Assembly: GCA_024641545.1 (NCBI GenBank)
Contig: JAHECW010000003.1
Span: forward strand, 1,951 to 65,950
Reading direction: 5' to 3'
DNA length: 64,000 nucleotides
DNA from: Acidobacteriota bacterium
Lineage (GTDB): Bacteria > Acidobacteriota > Thermoanaerobaculia > Thermoanaerobaculales > Sulfomarinibacteraceae
Shown here piece after piece: positions 15,843 through 22,321 of the stretch. Under the pieces are notes generated by a model, which made no database searches, had not been told where the DNA came from, and worked only from the letters and a program-made list of their open reading frames with translations. Positions within the stretch are counted from its first letter, which is position 1. Each line of letters begins with the position of its first letter. The position numbers were made by a program, and so were the translations under genes.

Positions 15843-15990
15843 CCTGCCCCTGCCCCTGCCCCTGCCGCTGCCGCTGATTGCTGTCGCTGCCGCTGCCGCT
15901 GCCCCTGCCGCTGTACCGTCTTGTCGGGAAAGGGAAAGGGAAAGGGAAAGGGAAAGGGAGAGGGAGAGGGAGAGGGGGGCGGGGAAAGAG
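15843..15990. repeat. hexamer-periodic arrays: (CCCTGC/CGCTGC)n then (GGGAAA)5(GGGAGA)3
   Basis: 15843-15914 is a pyrimidine-type array. 15926-15985 holds G3N3 tracts. It lies in the 419-bp metY/cysC divergent region. Confidence 0.85.
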
Positions 15991-16069
15991 GGTGACGACA
16001 TGCACGAATCGCCGCCAGCCGTTACAATGTCGCCCTGCCGGGAGAAACGAACGCACGGAGACACGGATT

Positions 16070-17797
16070 TTGGACCACCTCATCAAGCCTCACGGAGGCG
16101 CCCTCGTCAATCTGCTCGTCGAACCCGAACGCGCCGCGGAGATTCGCGGGCTCTCCCGCGAATGGCCGTCCGTCGATCTCGACCGGCGCCAGCTCTGCGA
16201 TCTCGAGCTGCTGCTCAACGGCGGGCTGTCGCCGCTCGAGGGATTCATGGGTGCAGCGGACTTCGCCGGTGTGTGTTCGCGGATGCGCCTCGCCGACGGT
16301 GTGTTCTGGCCGCTGCCCCTGACCCTCGATGTCGACGAGGCGACGGCCGCGCGCCTGACGGTCGGCGAACCCGCGGCGTTGCGGGATGGCGAGGGCGTGA
16401 TGATCGCGGCCCTGACGGTGGAGGAGATCTTCCGACCCGATCGCGAGGCCGAGGCCGCCGCGCTGTTCGGCGCCGATGATCGGAACCGGGACTCCGTCGC
16501 GCGCTTTTTCCACCGCACGCCGCCGGTCGCAATCGCCGGCCGTATCGAGGGCCTCCAACCCCCGGTGCACTACGACTTTCGCGAGCTTCGGCTGACCCCC
16601 CTCGAGCTGCGGCGGAAATTCGCCCGACTGGGGTGGCGAAAGGTCCTCGCCTATCAGACCCACCGGATCATGCACCGCGCCCAGCAGGTGGCGAGCCTGA
16701 CCGCCGCGCAGGAGGCGGGAGCGAGCCTGCTCATCCACCCCGTCGTCGGACTCAACCAACCCGGCGATGTCGATCACTACGCGCGGGTCCGCTGCTATCA
16801 GGAGATCGTGCCGCACTATCCGGCGTTTCTGGCCCGTCTCAACCTGCTGCCCCTGGCGGTGCGCGGCGGCGGGCCGAGCGAGGCGATGCTGCACGCGATC
16901 ATCCACAAGAACCACGGCTGCACCCATTTCATGGTCGAGCAGAACGGCGAGGGATCGGTGCTCGAGGTGCGCGGCGCCCCGGGCTACGGCGACGCCCGGG
17001 CGCGCGAGGCCGTCTCGGCCCACGCCGCCGAACTCGGCATCGAGATGGTGCCCGCCGAGGAGTTCGTCTACGCCGAAAACCGCAAGCGCCATATCAGAGC
17101 CGCCGGGGCCGAAACCGATGATCGCGTGCTGAAAATGACCGGGGAGGACGTCCGCAACCGGCTTGCGGACGGTCGAGAGATTCCCGATTGGTTCAGTTTA
17201 CCGGGGGTGGTCCGTGAGCTTCGGCGGCGCCTGCCCGGAAGAAACCTGCAGGGGTTCACGGTCTTCTGCACCGGGCTCTCGGGGTCGGGCAAGTCGACCA
17301 TCGCCAACGGGCTGCGGGTCAAGCTCCTCGAGCTCGGCGGCCGCGGAGTCACCCTCCTCGACGGCGATCTGGTGCGCAAGAACCTCTCGTCCGAGCTCGG
17401 CTTCTCCAAGGAGCACCGCGATCTCAACATCCGCCGTATCGGTTTTGTCGCCTCCGAGATCACCCGCGGCGGGGGAGTCGCCATCTGCGCCCCGATTGCG
17501 CCGTATGACTCGGTCCGCCACGAGGTCCGCGAGATGGTCCGGCCCTGCGGCGGATTCATCCTGGTCCACGTCTCGACCCCGCTCGAGGTCTGCGAGGCGC
17601 GCGACCGCAAGGGCATGTACGCCAAGGCCAGGGCGGGGATCATCAAGGAGTTCACCGGGATCTCGGATCCCTACGAGGTTCCCGTCGACGCCGATGTGCG
17701 GATCGACACCGCCCAGGTCACCCCGGACGAGGCGGTGCGGGAGGTCCTGCTGTATCTGGAGCGCGAGGGGTACATCTCCGCTGCGGAGGCGGAATAA
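16070..17797 (+). CDS. cysC: adenylylsulfate (APS) kinase with N-terminal ATP-sulfurylase-like domain (sulfurylase motifs degenerate)
   Basis: C-terminal APS kinase P-loop CTGLSGSGKSTIA. The N-terminal domain is collinear with ATP sulfurylase (LIHPVVGLNQPGDVDHYARVRCYQEI), but QTRNPxHRAH reads QTHRIMHRAQ and GRDHAG reads EQNGEG. There is no in-frame ATG, so the start is guessed at TTG 16070 (GGAG 10 nt upstream). The track ORF starts at 15878 inside the repeat. Confidence 0.8.
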   Translation: MDHLIKPHGGALVNLLVEPERAAEIRGLSREWPSVDLDRRQLCDLELLLNGGLSPLEGFMGAADFAGVCSRMRLADGVFWPLPLTLDVDEATAARLTVGEPAALRDGEGVMIAALTVEEIFRPDREAEAAALFGADDRNRDSVARFFHRTPPVAIAGRIEGLQPPVHYDFRELRLTPLELRRKFARLGWRKVLAYQTHRIMHRAQQVASLTAAQEAGASLLIHPVVGLNQPGDVDHYARVRCYQEIVPHYPAFLARLNLLPLAVRGGGPSEAMLHAIIHKNHGCTHFMVEQNGEGSVLEVRGAPGYGDARAREAVSAHAAELGIEMVPAEEFVYAENRKRHIRAAGAETDDRVLKMTGEDVRNRLADGREIPDWFSLPGVVRELRRRLPGRNLQGFTVFCTGLSGSGKSTIANGLRVKLLELGGRGVTLLDGDLVRKNLSSELGFSKEHRDLNIRRIGFVASEITRGGGVAICAPIAPYDSVRHEVREMVRPCGGFILVHVSTPLEVCEARDRKGMYAKARAGIIKEFTGISDPYEVPVDADVRIDTAQVTPDEAVREVLLYLEREGYISAAEAE

Positions 17798-17904
17798 GAA
17801 CAATTCGTCGGACGAATTGTGGTGACTCTCGCTTTGCTCGTGCCAGTTCGATCACGCCGCCGCTTGCTTGCGCTCGCGCCGATGCGGACTCGCCGGCGCT
17901 GCAA

Positions 17905-18075
17905 CAGGCTGAGGCCCATTTTGGGGCCAACGCCCCCGCCGGCCGGGAGTCGACCACCTCCGTTAGCACTTCGCTCACTGTGGGGCCGGCGCCCCCGCCG
18001 GCCGGAGTTCATCGGCCCCGACAGCACTTCATTCATTGTGGCGCCGGCGCCCCCGCCGGCGTGAGTACCACCGAC
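17905..18075 (+). repeat. three tandem ~58-nt units, each with a CATTGTGG-headed GC hairpin (REP2 family)
   Basis: 17917-17950 CATTTTGGGGCCAACGCCCCCGCCGGCCGGGAGT. 17976-18007 CACTGTGGGGCCGGCGCCCCCGCCGGCCGGAGT. 18034-18066 CATTGTGGCGCCGGCGCCCCCGCCGGCGTGAGT. Stem GGCCGGCG/CGCCGGCC with loop CCCC. Confidence 0.85.
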
Positions 18076-18088
18076 AACGAAACACCGC

Positions 18089-19645
18089 CTACTCCGGCGC
18101 GGCGCCATCCAGAGGTCTGAGCGCGTAGATCTGCACCATCGGGGCGAGGTCGAGCTCGAGGGCCGCGTTTCGCGTCAGGTAGGTCCGGAGCCTGTCGTCG
18201 CGCTGGTCCAGCACCTCGGGTGCGACCTTGCCCTGGTAGTGGATCAGGTCCGACTCGGTGAGACGCTTCCGAGGGACGTAGATGAAATAGACCTCGCCGG
18301 CGGGCTCACGGGCCTGGAATTCGCGAATGGGTTTGATCCCAAGCGCGGGTTGAATCCGGCCCATGTTCCCCTCCTGGCGCAGGCGGACGCGAACGAACCC
18401 GGTGTCGTTGGTGAGGAACCGGGCATCCGGGTGGGTGTCGACAAACTCAGCGACGGCCGTTTGCGCCTGGACGAACATCCCGCCACGCGGCACCCGGATT
18501 CGATCGGCGAGGACGACGGCGACCAGGAAGGCACAAAGACCAACGGCGGTGCGCAGCGCCGCGCGACCGCGCCGGCCGGTCTTCGCGCCGATGACCTCGG
18601 CGGGGTATTCCATCCCGGCGACGATGAGCAGGCAATAAAACGGAAGCAGATAGACGAAGAACCGGGGGTGCAGGGTGAAGACCGGCGCGAAACAGGACAG
18701 CCCGTAGAGGGAGACGGGTGCGAGGAACAGGAGACCGACATAGTTTCTCAAGGTGCGGTTGTTCTTCAGGCCGACGAACCCGATCACCGCCAGGACGAAA
18801 ACCGCCAGCGAGAAGCCGTCGAGGTCGGTGCGGTAGTTGGTGCCGCCCAGGAAGTTGATCAGAGCGAGGGGAAACCCGGACTGAAAGGCGTAGTCGAAGC
18901 TCTCGGTACGGCTGAGGCGCAGCTGCGGCAGATACAGCGCGACCAGGAACGCGGCGGCCGCCGCGGGCGCCAGAACCGCCGGCGCCATGCGCCGCGCGCG
19001 CGCCGCGAGACCCTCCACTGCGGTCTTCCCGGGCCATGCAGCGATGAGAAGTGCGAGCAGCACCTGGGCGATGAGCACGTTGACCGCGAAGAGATGGGCG
19101 GTGCCGGCGAGAAAGCCGGTGACGGCGCAGCCGAGCCATCGCCACCATGAAAACGAACCAATCAGCCGCAGAAACAGGACGCTCGAAATCAGGGTGAACA
19201 GGATCATCCCCGCGTACCCGCGTCCGGAGACTGAAAACAGCACGACGGCCGGGTGCAGGCTGAGCAGGAGTGCGGCGGCAAAGCCGCTGAGGCGGCCGAA
19301 CTCGCGCGAGGCGACGACGAAGACAAGCACGATGGCGAGCATGGTGAAGACCAGGTTCGGCAGCCGCATCAGCGCCGGGTTCTCGCCTGAAAAGACATAG
19401 ACCGCTTTCATGATCAGCGAGTTGAGGAGATGGCTGTTGCTGTCGAAGGGGCCGAAGATGATGGCGCTGAAATCCCGACCCAGGACCATGTTGCTGAACG
19501 TGATCATCTCGTCGCCGTGCAGCGGACGGGAGAGATATCGCATTCGAGTCGCCAGGGTGACGACGAGCAGGGTCACCGCGGCGACCGGATCCCGATGGGC
19601 ACGCAGCAACGCTGCCTGGCGTTCAAACAGGGTGGGTGGTCTCAC
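18089..19645 (-). CDS. polytopic membrane glycosyltransferase, GT39/ArnT/PMT-like (tentative)
   Basis: 518 aa with about 11 TM helices and a soluble C-terminal domain. The N-terminal loop LHGDEMITFSN resembles the DE motif of GT-C enzymes. GTG start. Confidence 0.6.
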   Translation of the reverse strand: MRPPTLFERQAALLRAHRDPVAAVTLLVVTLATRMRYLSRPLHGDEMITFSNMVLGRDFSAIIFGPFDSNSHLLNSLIMKAVYVFSGENPALMRLPNLVFTMLAIVLVFVVASREFGRLSGFAAALLLSLHPAVVLFSVSGRGYAGMILFTLISSVLFLRLIGSFSWWRWLGCAVTGFLAGTAHLFAVNVLIAQVLLALLIAAWPGKTAVEGLAARARRMAPAVLAPAAAAAFLVALYLPQLRLSRTESFDYAFQSGFPLALINFLGGTNYRTDLDGFSLAVFVLAVIGFVGLKNNRTLRNYVGLLFLAPVSLYGLSCFAPVFTLHPRFFVYLLPFYCLLIVAGMEYPAEVIGAKTGRRGRAALRTAVGLCAFLVAVVLADRIRVPRGGMFVQAQTAVAEFVDTHPDARFLTNDTGFVRVRLRQEGNMGRIQPALGIKPIREFQAREPAGEVYFIYVPRKRLTESDLIHYQGKVAPEVLDQRDDRLRTYLTRNAALELDLAPMVQIYALRPLDGAAPE

Positions 19646-19649
19646 GGTT

Positions 19650-19695
19650 CAGTGACAACCCCTGGTTTCGTGACTGGTGACTGGTGACCAGTCAC
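19650..19695. repeat. CAGTCACC-word array/palindrome
   Basis: GTGACTGGTGACTGGTGACCAGTCAC contains the perfect palindrome GTGACTGGT-G-ACCAGTCAC. The same word in the opposite orientation occurs at 31227-31254. Confidence 0.8.
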
Positions 19696-20090
19696 AATCC
19701 AACCTTCACCACACGATAGCCGGCGCCCTCCAACCCTGCGACCGCCGCGTCGAGCTGGCTTCCCTGAACGAGCACGTAGTCGGTGTCGTAGGTCGAAATG
19801 GCGAAGATGGAAATCCCGGCGTCGGCGAGCACCCCGGAGATGCCTGCGAGGATGCCCACCAGCGAAAAATCGAGGGGACCACGGACCTTGAGGGCCCGCC
19901 ACCCCGCAGTGTGGGTGATTTCGGTGGGCACCGGATCGGCGGCGCAGACCAGCGAGAGCTCCTCATCGGTGCTGGTGATGCTGGTCAGTTCGCCCGACCA
20001 CGCCCATTTCGGCACCGGCGCATCGACCGGGAGCCGGCAGACGGCGAGCTCGTCGGGCAGGACCTCAAGGGCGAGCTTGGGGCTGGTCAT
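19692..20090 (-). CDS. ACT domain-containing protein
   Basis: 132 aa from MTSPKLALEV. GPLDFSLVGILAGISGVLADAGISIFAISTYDTDYVLV is a typical ACT fold segment. Confidence 0.7.
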   Translation of the reverse strand: MTSPKLALEVLPDELAVCRLPVDAPVPKWAWSGELTSITSTDEELSLVCAADPVPTEITHTAGWRALKVRGPLDFSLVGILAGISGVLADAGISIFAISTYDTDYVLVQGSQLDAAVAGLEGAGYRVVKVGL

Positions 20091-20121
20091 CTCGGGCCGA
20101 GTGTATGGCGTTCCGCTCGGG

Positions 20122-20178
20122 CTGTCATCCTGAGCACCACCGCGCGGTCGGGCAACGCCTGCCCGTGGAATGGCCCGT
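20122..20178 (-). repeat. 55-nt conserved upstream motif, copy 2
   Basis: Minus-strand reading ACGGGCCATTCCACGGGCAGGCGTTGCCCGACCGCGCGGTGGTGCTCAGGATGACAG. It lies 32-88 nt upstream of the ACT gene start. Confidence 0.5.
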
Positions 20179-20261
20179 GTTTCTCCATTCTCAACACCGA
20201 TCTGCGCGCGAGACGCGCGCACCACAACCTGCCCGCGTTCGTTGTTCACCCTGACGTTGGC

Positions 20262-20290
20262 CATTGTGGTGCGGGCGTCCCGCCCGCAAG
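20262..20290 (+). repeat. REP2-family copy with a different but still complementary stem
   Basis: CATTGTGG-TGCGGGCG-TCC-CGCCCGCA-AG: same head, 8-bp stem of different sequence. Confidence 0.6.
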
Positions 20291-20361
20291 GGGCCGATGA
20301 GAGTCTGTCGTAGGGAGCGCCGCCACGACAACGCGATGGAAAACCACTAAACTACGCCGGC

Positions 20362-22038
20362 ATGAGCATTCGATCTCTGATTCTCGCGATCGCAGGCTGT
20401 ACCGGTCTCCTGGCGATCGCAGGCTGCGGCCCGGACCCGGTCGACGGGTTCATTGCCCGGGTCGACGATCTCGCCGAGCTCGATGACCTCGACGAGGAGA
20501 TCGAGTTCTCACAGCCCGAGGACTGGGTCGAGAGCTATCGGCCGGAGGCCGGTTCTCCGGGTTACAACCTGATTCTCTACCGCCGTCGTGTGCCCACGCT
20601 CATCGACATGCAGGGCCGGGTCGTGCACCTCTGGCCGAAGGTACGGGCGGTGGGTCGGGTTCGTCTCGACGAGAACGGCCGGCTGACGGTGATCGGCGTC
20701 GACAATATGATCAAGGAGTACGACTGGGACGGCAAGCTGACCTGGGCCTACGGCCTGCCGAGACCGGAGGACCTCCCGCACCACGATTTCGCCAGGCTCG
20801 CCAACGGCAACGTCCTGGTGCTGGCGCAGGAGGTCGAGACCCGCTCGGACTACCTGCAGGAGGTCGATCGGCGCGGCCGGGTCGTCTGGGAGTGGTGGCC
20901 GAGGGACTCTCTCGACGAGCACTTCCCCGATCGCGATCGGCGGTACCCCGATCCCACCCATGTCAACTCGGTCTTCGAGCTGCCCGAGAACCGGTGGTTC
21001 GACGACGGGGACGTCCGCTTCCGACCGGGCAACATCCTCGTCAGCGCGCGCAACCTCAACACCATCTTCATCGTCGAAAAGAGGAGCGGGGAGATCGTCT
21101 GGATGCACACCGACGGCCTCGACTTCCAGCACGAAGCGCAGATGGTGCCGAAGGGAGTGCTCGGCGCCGGCCTGGTGGTCTTTTTCAACAACGGTTATCA
21201 CGACCTCAACGCCTACCGGCGGAGCGAGATCAGGGTCATTCACCCCATCGACGGCCGACTGCTCTGGTCGTACTCGGCGCCGGACTTCTACTCCACCGTC
21301 GCCGGTGTCGAACAGGTTCTGCCCAACGGCAATGTCCTGATCACCTCGAGCGAGGGCGGCCGGGTCTTCGAGGTGACCCCGGAGAAGCAGATCGCGTGGC
21401 AGTGGATCCCTCCCTACCTGCCCATGCGGGTCATCCGTTACCCGGCGGTTTTCTGTCCGCAGCTGGCCGCGCTCGGTCCCCTGGACAGCCGGGCGGTGAA
21501 CCGTTCCGACCGGCACCCCTGGGTCGACATCGAGCTCGGACAGTACGCCTTCGGCGGCGATTACCGGGTGGCGACGCTCTATGGTCTCGTGCGTGAGGTT
21601 CTGCTCGATCCCAGCGGTTGCCGCGAGCTCCTCCTGCCCGTGGACCCCGTGCTCCAGGTCGCCTACGGTTTCGACGACACGGCGCTCGAGGGCGCGCCGG
21701 CCTCGGCGAGCTTTCGGGTCACGGTGCGCGACCTCGCGACCGGTGAGACCCGGGTCGTGATCGACGACACCCTCCACCCTTCCGGTGACGAGATCTTCCG
21801 CGACCGGTACGTGGCCGTTCCGGGTTTCGGTCTCAAGCGCGCCGAGCTCTGTATCGAGGCGTCGGCCGGGGGCGGGCGCGGGATCGGCGAGCTCCACCCG
21901 TCGGTCTTTCTGTCGAACCCTCGTTTCTACTCCCGGGTGCGGGCGCAGCTCAACCGAAAGTGGAAGGAGAGTCGGATCAGCCTCCAGGAGCAGGCGCTGC
22001 AGGAGCGCCAGCTCCGCGCCATCGGTTACGTGCAGTGA
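20362..22038 (+). CDS. arylsulfotransferase (ASST)-like beta-propeller lipoprotein
   Basis: 558 aa. Lipobox LLAIAGC. HHDFARLANGNVLVL...THVNSV...NILVSARNLNTIFIVEK...FQHEAQ resembles the ASST/Arylsulfotran_2 family. The C-terminus is QERQLRAIGYVQ. Confidence 0.7.
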   Translation: MSIRSLILAIAGCTGLLAIAGCGPDPVDGFIARVDDLAELDDLDEEIEFSQPEDWVESYRPEAGSPGYNLILYRRRVPTLIDMQGRVVHLWPKVRAVGRVRLDENGRLTVIGVDNMIKEYDWDGKLTWAYGLPRPEDLPHHDFARLANGNVLVLAQEVETRSDYLQEVDRRGRVVWEWWPRDSLDEHFPDRDRRYPDPTHVNSVFELPENRWFDDGDVRFRPGNILVSARNLNTIFIVEKRSGEIVWMHTDGLDFQHEAQMVPKGVLGAGLVVFFNNGYHDLNAYRRSEIRVIHPIDGRLLWSYSAPDFYSTVAGVEQVLPNGNVLITSSEGGRVFEVTPEKQIAWQWIPPYLPMRVIRYPAVFCPQLAALGPLDSRAVNRSDRHPWVDIELGQYAFGGDYRVATLYGLVREVLLDPSGCRELLLPVDPVLQVAYGFDDTALEGAPASASFRVTVRDLATGETRVVIDDTLHPSGDEIFRDRYVAVPGFGLKRAELCIEASAGGGRGIGELHPSVFLSNPRFYSRVRAQLNRKWKESRISLQEQALQERQLRAIGYVQ

Positions 22039-22039
22039 C

Positions 22040-22215
22040 GGAGGTGAGGGGGTGAGCTCTCCCTTCGGTCGCTGGTCAGAAGGTCAGCGCTCGCGATGCT
22101 CGCTGTGAGGGGTGAGGCCTTCCTCCAATCGGCAGTGAGGAGGCCCAGAGCATCAGGCCCCCGACTCTCTGACTTTCTCACTTTCTCACTCTCGTACGTC
22201 TCACGTCTCACCCCG
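22040..22215 (+). repeat. E1-family partial copy
   Basis: GGTGAGCTCTCCCTTCGGTCGCTGGTCAGAAGGTCAGCGCTCGCGATGCTCGCTGTGAGG matches the reverse complement of units in 6604-6718. It ends in words CTTTCTCA x2 and CGTCTCAC x2. Confidence 0.7.
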
Positions 22216-22216
22216 T

Positions 22217-22321
22217 CTACCTGATGTAGCCCAGGGATTCGAGGAGTGCGCGTTCCTCTTCGGTGATGCCCGCATCACTCGGTTTCGACCTTTTGAGGCA
22301 TGCCGTACAATGTCCGACCAT
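22217..22321 (-). CDS. candidate 34-aa CxxC peptide (or 3' gene remnant)
   Basis: MVGHCTACLKRSKPSDAGITEEERALLESLGYIR. Its ATG (22321-22319) interlocks with the ATG of the sulfatase-like gene (CATG). GC3 is only about 64%, so the coding signal is weak. Confidence 0.25.
   Translation of the reverse strand: MVGHCTACLKRSKPSDAGITEEERALLESLGYIR

Noticed and set aside
15878-16069. N-terminal extension of the APS kinase ORF (PLPLPLPL...GKGKGKGKGRGRGRG)
   Set aside because: It is a translation of the hexamer arrays. The same array family occurs in other frames and orientations in non-coding gaps, and the conserved sulfurylase-like homology begins only near 16070.
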